44,110 nt of DNA from Pirellulales bacterium (GCA_040901675.1 JBBDYJ010000010.1:1-44110), one strand, 5' to 3'; counted from the first letter of the stretch, positions 8,490-18,772 are shown. Notes: generated by a model not told the origin, from the letters alone. Numbers and translations: made by a program.

Positions 8490-10079
8490 ATGCACGCGAA
8501 AATGTGGCCGCTGCTCGTCGTACTTCCCTTGTTCGCCGTCCCCGCCCGTGCCCAGGAGTCGGTGCGCGAGCTGAGCGGACCCGGGCAGTACAGCAAGTTC
8601 CTTTCGCCCGGTCAACTCGACCGCTGGGTTTTCGAGGCAGAGAAGGGCGAAACGATCATCGCCCACCTGGACAGCAAGGAATTCGACCCGGTCTTGGAGT
8701 TGGCAAAGGCGGGGGCAAAGGATGACAAGCTCCTCCTGGAAGTGGACGACCCGGGCAACGAGAGCCGCTTCGCCACCCGACTGCCCGAAAAGGGCCGCTA
8801 CGAGATCCGCGTCCACGCCTTCAAGCACCAGGGCGGCGGGAACTACACGCTCCACGTGTCGCGCTTTCAGGCAAAACCGCTCGCGGTGGGCGAGCCTTTG
8901 ATCGGCACCTTCGACCGCGAGGGCAAGGGCTTTCATTACCTCCAGGGCGCGAAGGACCAAATCCTCGTCCCCGAGTTGAAGGGGGCGTCCTCCGAGGCGT
9001 GGAAAGTGCTCGACTTCAAAGGCCGCGAGACGAAGGATTGGGCCGGCACAGTGCTCATCGAAGACAACGGCGAGTGCTACCTGGTCGTTTCCGGGCCCCC
9101 GGACTACCGCTACGACCTCCTGGTGCGCGAGGCCGGGCAGCAGGACCTGGCTGAGGGCAAGGACCTGGAAGGCAGCCTTCAACAGGGCGAGTTGGCCGTG
9201 TGGAGCTTCGAGGGGAAGCCGGCGTCTTTCCGGCTCCTGGAGATGGAGACAAAAGGCGAGCTGCTATCGCGGCTCCTGTACGCGCCGCTGGAAACGCAGA
9301 GCGGGCAGCGGATCTCGCGACCGGGGGACCGGCCTGAGGTCACGCTCCTGCCGGTGTCCAGCCGGGCAGCGCGCCTGCGGTTCGCCGCGATCCTGGGCCG
9401 CGAAGGCAGATACCAGCTTCAACTCTTGGCCCAGACGCCTGCCTCGTACAAACTGACCGTGCGCGACCCCAGCGTGCCAATCGAACTGGGTCCGGAGTTC
9501 GAGGGAAGTTTACCCGTGGGCGGCGCAGCCTTCTACAGCTTCCAGGCCGCGCCCGGCGAACTCTTCGAGGTGAGCGTCGCCTCGCAGAAGTTCGTTCCCG
9601 TGCTGCGCCTTACCGATATGCACGGGAGCCTCGTGGGCAGCAGCGTTGAGGATGCCGACGGGTTGGAGGGCCGCATCACTCACATGGTCGTTGCCGAGGG
9701 GCTGTACCGCCTGCAAGTTTCCTCGCTCGGCGACGGCGGCGGGGGCGACTTCCGCCTGGCGTTGAAGGAGACGAAGCTCAAGGAGTTGCAGGTGGGCGGG
9801 CGCGGCGAGGGTACGGTCGAGCCCGGCGGCATGGATTTCTGGGCCTTCCCGGGCGAGGAAGGGAAGACCGTGTTTCTCAGCGTCCGCTCCTCCGCCTTCG
9901 AGCCCGCGGTCAGCCTCCGCAGTCCCGACGGCGTGCTCCTGGCCGCCGACAACAAAGGCAGTGCTGCAACGGGCAGCCTGTTTGCCCTCGCGCTGCCCAA
10001 GACGGGTCGGTACACCGTGTGGATCTCGTCGGGTCGCGGGGCGGGAGAGTACACGGTGCGGTTGATCGACGGCGATTGA
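8490..10079 (+). CDS. secreted protein with tandem PPC (pre-peptidase C-terminal) domains
   Basis: AGGAG ribosome-binding site, signal peptide, repeated FxAxxGE...SxxFxPVL...LPxxGRYxI...GGxYTL units. Confidence 0.8.
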   Translation: MHAKMWPLLVVLPLFAVPARAQESVRELSGPGQYSKFLSPGQLDRWVFEAEKGETIIAHLDSKEFDPVLELAKAGAKDDKLLLEVDDPGNESRFATRLPEKGRYEIRVHAFKHQGGGNYTLHVSRFQAKPLAVGEPLIGTFDREGKGFHYLQGAKDQILVPELKGASSEAWKVLDFKGRETKDWAGTVLIEDNGECYLVVSGPPDYRYDLLVREAGQQDLAEGKDLEGSLQQGELAVWSFEGKPASFRLLEMETKGELLSRLLYAPLETQSGQRISRPGDRPEVTLLPVSSRAARLRFAAILGREGRYQLQLLAQTPASYKLTVRDPSVPIELGPEFEGSLPVGGAAFYSFQAAPGELFEVSVASQKFVPVLRLTDMHGSLVGSSVEDADGLEGRITHMVVAEGLYRLQVSSLGDGGGGDFRLALKETKLKELQVGGRGEGTVEPGGMDFWAFPGEEGKTVFLSVRSSAFEPAVSLRSPDGVLLAADNKGSAATGSLFALALPKTGRYTVWISSGRGAGEYTVRLIDGD

Positions 10080-10479
10080 ACTCCTCTACGGGAGAATCGG
10101 AGCCACGACGTTCCCGTGCACGTCGGTCAGCCGGTAATCCCGCCCCGAGTGTCGATAGGTCAGCCGCGTGTGGTCCAGTCCCCATCCCACAAGTGCTCGC
10201 TCTGCAATGGATAGACCCCGACGGGGCCGGTCGATTCGCTACAGGTGGACTGTTCGCGACATCCTCCGTGGGCCGCAACACCGGTCCAGCCGCTACGCTC
10301 GAAGTACGGTTCAGATCGGCGGCCAGACAAGGCCGATGTTAAATTGTGCCGGTCACGGATGCTGGATGCCTGGCGCGGAGGAAAGCGGCAGTGAACGCCA
10401 AAGCTCTTCGCGCCGGCCAGCGATCAGGGAGATGATCGCCAACCGATGCCTCCCCGCACCCAGCGCGCGAAAAGACACC

Positions 10480-12081
10480 GTGTCCAGGCCGATCCCCGAT
10501 TACCTGCGGCTCTATAGCGAGCTGAACCCTCCCGCCTCGCCGGCCGCCGAGCCGTTCGCGGGTCTCGATCTGTTGTGCCGGGCCTTCGAACGGGCCACCG
10601 GCTGGCCTCTGCGATACGCGCCGCCCGATGACGCCGCAGGCCAGCGGCCGGATGGCCACTTCGAACCGATGTGGTCTGCCCCGGTCGATCCGGGCGTGGG
10701 AATTCCTGCCGGCCTCCTGCGGATCGAATCGTGTACGGCGTTGTCGGCCGAACATGGACCTCGGATCGAACTGAACCTGGCGGGCGAGCTGGCCGGATCG
10801 GTGACCGAGCTGCTGGTCGAGCTGGCCCGCACGCAGCACGCGCTCTGGCAACGCGAGGCCGAGCTGGCTGCCGGCGTGCCGCTGGTGCCCCACCGCGAAG
10901 AACAGCGGCAGCTCGCCCAACGGCTGGAGAACGTGCTGAAGGGCGGGGCCGAGGCGATCGGCTGCCAGGCGGCCGGGCTGTACCTGCTCGATACCGACAC
11001 CACGTACCTCAAGCTGCGCTCGAGTTGGGGTCTGCCGCTGGAACGGCTGACGGCCCCGCCCCGCACGCTGCGCGACGCGGCGGCCGATCTCGAGGCGCTG
11101 CTGGGTCACGCCGTGGTGCTCGACGACACCTCGCGGTACCAGGAGTGGAACCTGCCCGAAGACTTTGCCGCCGCGGTCTGCGTGCCCGTTTCCAGCCCCA
11201 CCGTGCCGCTGGGCACGCTGTGGCTGTTCAGCGGGAAGCCGCGGGCGTTCAGCGACCAGGAAGTGAACATCGCCGAAGTCGTGGCGGGCCGCCTGGCCGC
11301 CGATCTGGAGCGCGAGATGCTGCTGGCCGAGGGGATCGACGCGGCCCGGGTCAAGCGGCAGTTGGCGGCCGCCGAACGATTGCAGAACAACCAACTGCCG
11401 AAGATCGCGCCGTTGGTCGAGGGTTGGCAGATCGCCGGCTGGACCGCCCAGGCCGGCGGGCTGGGAGGAGATTTTTACGATTGGTTCGTGCGGGACGACG
11501 ATAGCCTGGCCTTGGCCGTGGGCGATTGCCTGGCTCGCGGGGTGGAGGCGGCCCTGTCGGCCTGCACGCTGCGGGCGGCGCTGCGGGCGCACGGCGAATA
11601 TCTCAAGGATCCGGGCGACCTGGTCGAGCGGATCAACCGCACGCTGTGGGCCAGCTCGGCCGGCGACCAGGCGGCGAGCCTGTTCTTCGCCGCGCTCGAT
11701 CCATTCCAGGGGGCCATTCGCTACACCGCGGCGGGGCATGCCGGCGCCATCCTGCTGCGGTCCGCGGCCGATGCGGCGCCGGTCAACCTGCCCACGGCCG
11801 CGACCCTGGCGCTGGGACTGGGGCCGGAGACGCGGTATGCAACCGGCACTTGCCAATTGTCGGCTGGCGAAGCGTTGCTGGTGACCAGCGAGGGCGTGCG
11901 CAGCACCTGGGACGAGCAGGGCCGCTCGCTGGGCGAAGAGCAGCTTGCCGCGGCGCTGGTGCCGCACCTCGACAGTTCGGCGGAGACGCTGGTGGAACTG
12001 GCGCGCGACCTGCTCGAATCGCGTGCGTCGCAGCCCGCCCGGCAGGATCGGACCGTTCTGGTGCTCAAGCGGCGGGCATGA
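10480..12081 (+). CDS. GAF domain plus SpoIIE/PP2C-type phosphatase
   Basis: GAF signature CVPV...PLGTLWL; SpoIIE motifs LGGDFYD, AVGD, AGH and DRTVLVL; GTG start inferred. Confidence 0.88.
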   Translation: MSRPIPDYLRLYSELNPPASPAAEPFAGLDLLCRAFERATGWPLRYAPPDDAAGQRPDGHFEPMWSAPVDPGVGIPAGLLRIESCTALSAEHGPRIELNLAGELAGSVTELLVELARTQHALWQREAELAAGVPLVPHREEQRQLAQRLENVLKGGAEAIGCQAAGLYLLDTDTTYLKLRSSWGLPLERLTAPPRTLRDAAADLEALLGHAVVLDDTSRYQEWNLPEDFAAAVCVPVSSPTVPLGTLWLFSGKPRAFSDQEVNIAEVVAGRLAADLEREMLLAEGIDAARVKRQLAAAERLQNNQLPKIAPLVEGWQIAGWTAQAGGLGGDFYDWFVRDDDSLALAVGDCLARGVEAALSACTLRAALRAHGEYLKDPGDLVERINRTLWASSAGDQAASLFFAALDPFQGAIRYTAAGHAGAILLRSAADAAPVNLPTAATLALGLGPETRYATGTCQLSAGEALLVTSEGVRSTWDEQGRSLGEEQLAAALVPHLDSSAETLVELARDLLESRASQPARQDRTVLVLKRRA

Positions 12082-12160
12082 GCGGCCGGCGGTGCGGGGG
12101 CCAGTCTTGCCCGTCCGGGGGCCGCGCCTTAAACTCAAAGAGCAGTTCGGCTCTATCACC

Positions 12161-12246
12161 GCGGGAATGGCGGAATTGGCAGACGCGCCAGGTTGAGGGC
12201 CTGGTGACCTTTACCGGTCGTGCAGGTTCAAGTCCTGTTTCCCGCA
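12161..12246 (+). tRNA. tRNA-Leu(GAG)
   Basis: GCGGGAA/TTCCCGC acceptor stem, CCAGG-TTGAGGG-CCTGG anticodon arm, long variable arm, GGTTCAAGTCC. Confidence 0.97.
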
Positions 12247-13250
12247 GTATTCTTGCGAATGATCAGGTCCAAGTTGGCTTCGAAAAAGCCCGGGTCCAGA
12301 TCGGGGCGTAGCCGGATCAGCAACGACTGATATCGGTAATCGAACGAGGCGCGCCAGCGGAGCCAGAGCGCCTTGTCGCGGCGGCGCTCGAAGGCGGCCA
12401 GGTTGCTCACCACGTCAAGCTCGCCGGCGGGCTTGATGGCCAGGTCGAACTCGTGAAAACTGACGCCGCGTCCCATCCGCAAGAGCTTTTGGCGCGCCTG
12501 CTCGTCGCCCGCCTCGCGGCCTTCCAGCGCCGCCCGCACGTCGCCGCGCGGGCTGTGCCCGGCATAAAGCACCGCCAGCTCGTCGGGCAGCCACTGAAAG
12601 AAGTCGAGCTGGGCCGTGTGGTGGTCGCGATACCAGAGCCGGTTGGGCGCTTCGATCACGCACCACAGCCCGCCGGGCGAGAGCATCCGCCAGGTGGCCT
12701 GCATCGCTTCCAGCCGCTCGCCATAGAGCATGTGCTCCAGCGACGCATAGAAGATGATGAAGTCGAAGGCCTGACCTCCATACCGCTGGCGCACTTCGGT
12801 GGCGTTGGCCACCTCGATCCGCGCTTCCACGGCATGGATGCGGCAGCGAGCGACGGCCACGGCGGTCGATGGCGGGTCGACGTCGATGGCGGTCACGCGG
12901 GCTCCCTGTTCCGCCAGCGCCACGGTCGAGCTGCCCGTGCCGCAGCCGATCTCCAGCACGTTCGAATCAGCCAGCGGCCGGGCGGCATCGAGCCACGGAA
13001 TAATGTGGGCCCGGTCCGCATCCAACCTGCGGTGCAGGTGGTTCAAGAAGTCGTCATCTTGGCGCTCGGCGTCCGCCGGTCCGGTGCCGAGGTGCTCGGC
13101 CAACGCGGAGCGGACGCGGGCCAGGCCGGCATCGTCGAGCCGCCGCATGCGCCGGCTCAAATGCCGGGGCAGGCCAGGCCGCACCAGGTTGCGGATCGCC
13201 CGCAATGCACGGCGCAGTGGATCGGCGGGCGGCTCGATGTCTATTCTCAT
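12228..13250 (-). CDS. class I SAM-dependent methyltransferase
   Basis: VLEIGCGTG, FDFIIFYASLEHM, LSPGG; the start could alternatively be 13295. Confidence 0.9.
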   Translation of the reverse strand: MRIDIEPPADPLRRALRAIRNLVRPGLPRHLSRRMRRLDDAGLARVRSALAEHLGTGPADAERQDDDFLNHLHRRLDADRAHIIPWLDAARPLADSNVLEIGCGTGSSTVALAEQGARVTAIDVDPPSTAVAVARCRIHAVEARIEVANATEVRQRYGGQAFDFIIFYASLEHMLYGERLEAMQATWRMLSPGGLWCVIEAPNRLWYRDHHTAQLDFFQWLPDELAVLYAGHSPRGDVRAALEGREAGDEQARQKLLRMGRGVSFHEFDLAIKPAGELDVVSNLAAFERRRDKALWLRWRASFDYRYQSLLIRLRPDLDPGFFEANLDLIIRKNTAGNRT

Positions 13251-13342
13251 GCGGTCAGGAAGTCGCGCACCCATTGGAACGGCGACCTTTAGCATACTCT
13301 CGCGCCGACCGCCGTGAGACGTTGCGGCACGATTAGGGGAGA

Positions 13343-13370
13343 CTGTAGGCTGTAGGCCTGAGGCTGTAGG
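13343..13370. repeat. heptamer array (CTGTAGG)x4, one variant unit
   Basis: ctgtagg ctgtagg cctgagg ctgtagg. Confidence 0.85.
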
Positions 13371-13384
13371 ACGGAATTGGCTGT

Positions 13385-13419
13385 CGGGTGGCTGGGGCAA
13401 AGCGTTAGCGTGCCCCAGT
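13385..13419. repeat. REP-like hairpin, with an inverted copy at 44063-44098
   Basis: CGGGTGGCTGGGGCAAAGCGTTAGCGTGCCCCAGT versus the reverse complement CGGGTGCCTGGGGCAAAGCGATAAGCGTGCCCCAGT. Confidence 0.8.
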
Positions 13420-13439
13420 GACTGGAGTGTGGTCTGATC

Positions 13440-13462
13440 ATACTAACCCGACGCGCTAGCGA
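13440..13462. repeat. dispersed intergenic motif ATACTAACCCGACGCGCWAGCGA, second copy at 23921-23943
   Basis: 22 of 23 positions identical between the two intergenic sites. Confidence 0.8.
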
Positions 13463-13492
13463 AAGGCGTCCCCTCTACCTCATAGGTGAACC

Positions 13493-15523
13493 ATGCTGCG
13501 AATCTTGCTTGCTCTGGCTCTCGTCATCTCATTGACGGCAGAGGCGCGCGCGGTCGAGCTGGCCGACGTCGAGCGGCTTCTGGCCGAGCCGATCATCGGC
13601 ACGAAATTGGCGCTCGAGGAAGCGCAGGCCTACACCGAAGCCCACGTGCCGCGCATCGGCGAAGTGCAATCGGTCGAGGATTGGCGGCGCCGGGCCGATC
13701 GCATGCGGCAGGAAGTGCTCGATCGCGTGGTATTCCGCGGCCATGCCAAGATATGGCGCGACGCCGAAACAAAGGTCGAGTGGCTCGAAACCGTCGAGGG
13801 CGGACCCGGCTATCACATCCGCAAGCTCCGCTACGAGGCCCTGCCCGGCCTGTGGATCCCCGCGCTGTTGTACGAGCCGGCCAAGCTGGCGGGCAAGGTG
13901 CCCGTGATGCTCAACGTCAACGGCCACGACGGCAACGGCAAGGCGGCCGTCTACAAGCAGATCCGCTGCATCAACATGGCCAAACGCGGCATGCTGGCCT
14001 TGAACGTCGAGTGGCTCGGCATGGGCCAGCTTAAGGGCGACAATTACGTCCACTACCGGATGAACCAGCTCGACCTGTGCGGCACGAGCGGCCTGGCGCC
14101 GTTTTACCTGGCGATGAGCCGCGCCCTCGACTTGCTGCTGTCGCTGGAGCACGCCGACCCGGCCCGCGTCGGCGTGGCCGGGCTGTCGGGCGGCGGCTGG
14201 CAGACCATCTTTATCAGCGCGCTCGATCCGCGGGTCACGCTCTCCAACCCGGTGGCCGGATACTCCAGCTTTCGCACGCGGGCCAGGCACCTCAGCGACC
14301 TGGGCGATTCGGAACAGACGCCGGTCGACCTGGCGGTGTTCGCCGACTACGACCACCTGACCGCCATGCTGGCGCCCCGGCCGGCCCTGTTGACATACAA
14401 CGCCCAGGACGATTGCTGTTTCAAGGCCGAGCATGCCCTGCCACCCTTGCTCGAGTCCGCTCGTCCGATCTACCGTCTGTACGGCGAGGAGGACAAGCTG
14501 CGGGCGCATGTCAACACCGAGCCCGGCACGCACAACTTCGAGCGCGACAATCGCGAGGCGCTGTACCGCATGCTGGCCGACCACTTTTATGGTGGCTCGA
14601 CGGCCGACTTCGATCCGCGGGAAATCGATTCCGAAGGAGAAGTCAAGACGGCCGAGCAGCTCGAGGTCGAGTTGCCGGAGGACAACGCCGACTTCCACAG
14701 CCTCGCCCTGGGTCTGCTGACAAGCGTGCCCACCGACGCTGGTCCCGAAATGGACCAGGCTGCCGCCTTGAGCTGGCAGGTCCAGTCGCGCCGCAGGCTG
14801 CACGACGTGGTGCGGGCGGCCCGCTTCGACGTTGCCGCCAAGAAGGCGGGCGAACAACAGCGCGGGGGACTCAAGGCCACGTTCTGGCGGCTGCGGGTGG
14901 GCGACTGGACCGTGCCGGCGGTCGAGCTGGCGCCCGACCAGCCGTCGTCGGCGGCCGCCACGATCGTGGTGGCCGACGAGGGGCGAACGGCCACCGCCGA
15001 GGAGGTCCAGCGACTTTTGGCTGAAGGCGGCAGCGTGCTGGCCGTCGACCCGTTCTATTTCGGCGAGTCGCGGATCGCCGAGCGCAACTTCCTGTTTCCG
15101 CTGCTGCTGGCCGCCGTGGGCGATCGCCCGCTGGGCCTGCAGGCCAGCCAGTTGGCGGCCATCGCCCGCTGGCTGCACTCGCGGCAGCCGGGCTCGCCGC
15201 CGCGGATCGTGGCGCTCGGCGAGCGATCGAGCTTGTTCTCGCTGGTGGCGGCGGGACTGGAACAAGAGGCGATCGGCGGCGTGGAGCTGTCCGGCTCGTT
15301 GGGTAGCCTGAAGGAAATCGTCGAGCGCAACGCCTCCGTCGACAAGACTCCGGAGCTGTTCTGTTTCGGCCTGCTCGAGCATTTCGACATTCGCCAACTG
15401 GCTTGCCTGGTGGCCCCGCGGCCCGCCCGCTTCCGCCAGCCGAGCGAGCGGGCGCGCAGCGAGCTGGCCGAATTAAAAGCCGTGTACTCGCTGCTGGGAA
15501 ACGCCTTTGAGCCGCTCGAATAG
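13493..15523 (+). CDS. secreted alpha/beta-hydrolase (acetylxylan esterase-like, two-lobed)
   Basis: Signal peptide, VNGH, RVGVAGLSGGG nucleophile elbow, DDCCF, GTHNF; degenerate second lobe. Confidence 0.85.
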   Translation: MLRILLALALVISLTAEARAVELADVERLLAEPIIGTKLALEEAQAYTEAHVPRIGEVQSVEDWRRRADRMRQEVLDRVVFRGHAKIWRDAETKVEWLETVEGGPGYHIRKLRYEALPGLWIPALLYEPAKLAGKVPVMLNVNGHDGNGKAAVYKQIRCINMAKRGMLALNVEWLGMGQLKGDNYVHYRMNQLDLCGTSGLAPFYLAMSRALDLLLSLEHADPARVGVAGLSGGGWQTIFISALDPRVTLSNPVAGYSSFRTRARHLSDLGDSEQTPVDLAVFADYDHLTAMLAPRPALLTYNAQDDCCFKAEHALPPLLESARPIYRLYGEEDKLRAHVNTEPGTHNFERDNREALYRMLADHFYGGSTADFDPREIDSEGEVKTAEQLEVELPEDNADFHSLALGLLTSVPTDAGPEMDQAAALSWQVQSRRRLHDVVRAARFDVAAKKAGEQQRGGLKATFWRLRVGDWTVPAVELAPDQPSSAAATIVVADEGRTATAEEVQRLLAEGGSVLAVDPFYFGESRIAERNFLFPLLLAAVGDRPLGLQASQLAAIARWLHSRQPGSPPRIVALGERSSLFSLVAAGLEQEAIGGVELSGSLGSLKEIVERNASVDKTPELFCFGLLEHFDIRQLACLVAPRPARFRQPSERARSELAELKAVYSLLGNAFEPLE

Positions 15524-15686
15524 ACCCTCGACGCCGAGGACGAGGCCGCTGGACGCGTCCGTGCTGCTACCGACGCGCTGCGCCGCTGCACGCTTGTTGC
15601 TCCATTCGTGTGGACGGGGGGAACCACCCGGCATAGACTTGAAGAGCGGCTGATTTTCGTCTGTTGCGTTTTTGGAGCGTCACGTC

Positions 15687-16391
15687 ATGGCCAGCACGCA
15701 TTCCGCTGGATCGCAAGTAGATTATCCCACACGGGACGGACGCCTCATGGGCGAAACACCGCTGCACGCCGGTATTCTGTGGACCACCGTCCTCGTGCTG
15801 AAGGAGTGGTACGCCAGCGATCCGATGACGTATGTCTCGGGCAACATGATGATGTACTACGTGCCGGGGGATAAGTACAAACACGTGTCGCCTGACGTAT
15901 TCGTGACGCGCGGAATCTCCCGGGACAAAACACGCGACTACTACCTGGCCTGGGAGGAGGGCAAGGCTCCGGACCTGGTGCTCGAGATCACGAGCAAATC
16001 GACCAGGCGGGAAGACCTCAAGGTGAAACACGCGTTGTACCGCGATGTTCTCAAGGTGGCCGAATATTTCCTGTTTGATCCCAGGGCCGAATATCTCAAG
16101 CCGCCTCTGCAAGGCTATCGGCTGACGGAAAATCAATACGTCCGGATCACGCCGGTCGATGGCCGCCTGCCGAGCGACATCCTTTCGCTGGCATTGGAGG
16201 CCAATGGGAACGAGTTGCGGTTCTTCGACTCGGCAGCCGGCCAGTGGCTGCCAACCCACGACGAGAAGTTGGCCAGAGTCGAAGCCCGCTCGCAGCAGCT
16301 CGAAACCCGCTCGCAGCAAGTCGAAGCTCAAAATGAACAACTGCGCCGCGAGGTCGAAAGCCTCCGCCGGCGGTTGGCCGGCGAAAGCTAG
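15687..16391 (+). CDS. Uma2 family (PD-(D/E)XK) endonuclease
   Basis: VSPDVFV, APDLVLEITSKSTRREDL..K..LY, EYFLFDP; C-terminal coiled coil. Confidence 0.92.
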   Translation: MASTHSAGSQVDYPTRDGRLMGETPLHAGILWTTVLVLKEWYASDPMTYVSGNMMMYYVPGDKYKHVSPDVFVTRGISRDKTRDYYLAWEEGKAPDLVLEITSKSTRREDLKVKHALYRDVLKVAEYFLFDPRAEYLKPPLQGYRLTENQYVRITPVDGRLPSDILSLALEANGNELRFFDSAAGQWLPTHDEKLARVEARSQQLETRSQQVEAQNEQLRREVESLRRRLAGES

Positions 16392-16395
16392 CGCT

Positions 16396-16632
16396 CTATT
16401 CGACGTATACCGAACTCGTTGCTCTTGAACAGCACGCGGCAAAAGGCCGCCAGGCCCGTGCTCGCGCACCAGCGCCGCTGAGGCCGCCAGTTCCTCGTCG
16501 CCGCAAGCACGCCCAAAGGCCAGCCAGAAGCCGCGCCGGACCTGGTCTTCGGGACGCTGGCCCGCTTCCGCCTCCAGCCGGGTGGCAAAGAAACCGGCCT
16601 GCTCGACGACAAACGGGCTGTTCAGCATCAGG
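16396..16632 (-). pseudogene. C-terminal remnant of a DUF1553 (planctomycete cytochrome-associated) protein with two frameshifts
   Basis: LMLNSPFVVEQA...AFGR...EE..., then GLAAFCRVLFKSNEF, then VYVE*, in shifted frames. Confidence 0.75.
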
Positions 16633-16736
16633 TCATCGCGGCTAGCCGCCCCTTCCCACTCGCCCGGCGGCTGCTTAAACTGATCTGGCTTGCCTGTTAC
16701 GATGCCAACCATGCTTGCCTGCCTGGGAGAAGACCA

Positions 16737-17315
16737 ATGAATCGCCTGCTGAGCTGTTCGTTGCTGCTGGCTTTGACCGCCGCGTTCGTGGATGCCAAGG
16801 GCGATGAAAAGAGACACGAAAAGGTGCCCGCCGTTCTCGATTTCGAGATGAAGAGCCTGCAGGGGAAGCCGGTCGAGCTTGCAAAGTACAAGGGCAAAGT
16901 GGTGCTGATGGTCAACGTGGCCAGCGAGTGCGGCCTGACGCCGCAGTACGATGGGCTGCAGGCGTTGCACGAGAAATATGCCGAGCAGGGGCTGGCGATC
17001 CTCGGATTCCCGGCCAACGAGTTCGGCAAGCAGGAGCCGGGCAGCGACCGCCAGATCGCCGAATTCTGCCGGGAGAACTACGGAGTGGAGTTCGACATGT
17101 TCTCGAAGGTGGTGGTCAAGGGTGAGGGCCAGTGCCCGCTGTACAAGTTCCTGACGTCGAAGGAAACCAATCCCAAGTTCGCCGGCGACATCACCTGGAA
17201 CTTCGAGAAGTTCCTCATCGACCGCGAAGGCCGCGTCGCCGCCCGTTACGCGCCCAAGGTCGAGCCTGAGTCCGAGGAAGTGGTGAAGGCCGTCGAGGAA
17301 GCATTGGCCGAATAA
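16737..17315 (+). CDS. exported glutathione peroxidase (Cys-type)
   Basis: VNVASECGLTPQY, LGFPANEFGKQEPG and WNFEKFLI motifs; signal peptide. Confidence 0.95.
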   Translation: MNRLLSCSLLLALTAAFVDAKGDEKRHEKVPAVLDFEMKSLQGKPVELAKYKGKVVLMVNVASECGLTPQYDGLQALHEKYAEQGLAILGFPANEFGKQEPGSDRQIAEFCRENYGVEFDMFSKVVVKGEGQCPLYKFLTSKETNPKFAGDITWNFEKFLIDREGRVAARYAPKVEPESEEVVKAVEEALAE

Positions 17316-17499
17316 GCCCGGGATCCTCGTCCTTGCGTCTTGGGTCTTGGTAGCTTCTGGCAGCGCGGTTGCGTTTTTGAGTTGTTCACCACATAGCTAG
17401 CAGGGACCGAACTGGCGTTTCCGCTTTCGAGCGGCCGGTCTATAATCCGCCGCCCAATCCGGCCGGCATGGGCCGGTCCGCATCACAAGGAGGTGATCG

Positions 17500-18465
17500 A
17501 TGTTGCGTTCCAGCGGCAATCGGACCCGGTACCTGCTCTCGCTCGCCAGTTGCCTGGCACTGGCCAACGCGCCGCTGCTTGCACGGGCCCAGGAGGAGGC
17601 GGTCGAAGCGCCGGGGCTGCCCACGATCGACGACTTCGAGTTTTTCGACGAATCCCGGCAGCCAGGGGCCCAAAAAGTGCCCCACGCCTCCGTCGAGGAT
17701 GAACGCCGAGCCGCCTTGCCACTGTTCAACCAGGTTTTGAAGAGCTGGCCGCTGTCGGTCTGGACCGCCCAGGCCACTGAGGACCAATGCCCACTCTGCG
17801 GCCAGACACACCAACAGGACGAGCTGCCCGGCCTGTTCTCGTTGGCGCTTAAGTCGCAAGGCCGGACGTCGAGCCGGTTGCTGGGCCGCTCCGCCGGCGA
17901 GGCGGGCAAGCCGTCGCAGCACGAACGCAACCGGCTGCGGCCGGGGGAAACGGCCAACATCCTGGTGCAAGTGCGCGAGCGGCTGGGCTCCAACGCTTTG
18001 AGCGGAACGAGCTTTGACGACCGAGCGCCGGGTGTCGATTCCGAGGCGGACGAGGGCGATTTCGAACCGTCGTCCCAGACGTTCGTTGAATGGATCCAAG
18101 CCCTGGAGGAAGAGCACGCCGCGGAGGGCAGATCGCACCGGCCAGGGGGCACGTGTCCCGCCGCTTCGTCGCTGTGCGCGGCAGCGGCGTCGCAGCCGAC
18201 CGGCGAGGCGCTCGAGCTGGACGCGGACCGGGCGGCCTTGCGGATCGAGATTTTGCGGAAGTCGAGCCGCGAATTGTCCCGCACGGCCGAGCTGCTCGAA
18301 GAGGCCGACCTGTTCGATCAGGCGGACGAGATCTACCGCATCGCCGGCGAGCTGCGCAACCAGGCCCGGGCGGTGGTTCTTGCCGGCCGGCGCGATGAGA
18401 AGGGGGGATGGGGCGAAGGGGGGATGGGGGGAGACGAAGACGGCCGGGCCGCCGCTGCCTTCTGA
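17500..18465 (+). CDS. secreted hypothetical protein
   Basis: Strong AAGGAGGT ribosome-binding site, TATAAT at 17441, signal peptide, CPLC motif, C-terminal helical region; the final codons are octamer repeats. Confidence 0.7.
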   Translation: MLRSSGNRTRYLLSLASCLALANAPLLARAQEEAVEAPGLPTIDDFEFFDESRQPGAQKVPHASVEDERRAALPLFNQVLKSWPLSVWTAQATEDQCPLCGQTHQQDELPGLFSLALKSQGRTSSRLLGRSAGEAGKPSQHERNRLRPGETANILVQVRERLGSNALSGTSFDDRAPGVDSEADEGDFEPSSQTFVEWIQALEEEHAAEGRSHRPGGTCPAASSLCAAAASQPTGEALELDADRAALRIEILRKSSRELSRTAELLEEADLFDQADEIYRIAGELRNQARAVVLAGRRDEKGGWGEGGMGGDEDGRAAAAF

Positions 18466-18766
18466 CGCTTTGCCTGCGCTGTAAATCCGCCTCTGGCGGA
18501 ACCGCTGGCCTCCTGGTCTCTGCCTCCTTGACCTCTGCCTCCTGACCTCTGCCTCCTGACCTCTGCCTTCTGACGTGCTGCAAGTCGGCCTGGCGGGCCT
18601 TCCGCTTTCTGTCGGCCGAACGCGCAAGGGAGAGGTCCGCTTCTCTCAAGTGAGAGCGGAGCGATGTAAGATGTAAGGGGAGAAGGTCGTCCCCCGCTCA
18701 CCCTTTCCCCCGCTCACCCCTTCTCCCGCTCCCCCCTTCCCCCACTCGCCCCTTCCCCCGCTCCCA
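18399..18766. repeat. composite repeat cluster: purine octamers, hairpins, heptamer array, pyrimidine octamers
   Basis: GAAGGGGG/GATGGGGS x4 (18399-18430); hairpin motif at 18478 with a degenerate copy at 18577; (CTGACCT/CTGCCTC)n at about 18505-18574; CCCCGCTC/CCCCCTTC octamers at about 18691-18766. Confidence 0.85.
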
Positions 18767-18772
18767 GCTTCC

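Noticed and set aside
10339..15397. Long minus-strand ORFs 10339-12159 and 13529-15397
   Set aside because: They are shadows of the SpoIIE and hydrolase genes and have no recognisable motifs.
16929..16931. Selenocysteine in the glutathione peroxidase
   Set aside because: The active-site codon is TGC (Cys).
15567..16970. 467-aa minus-strand ORF
   Set aside because: It is a chimera of antisense Uma2 and peroxidase sequence with a short genuine DUF1553 remnant.
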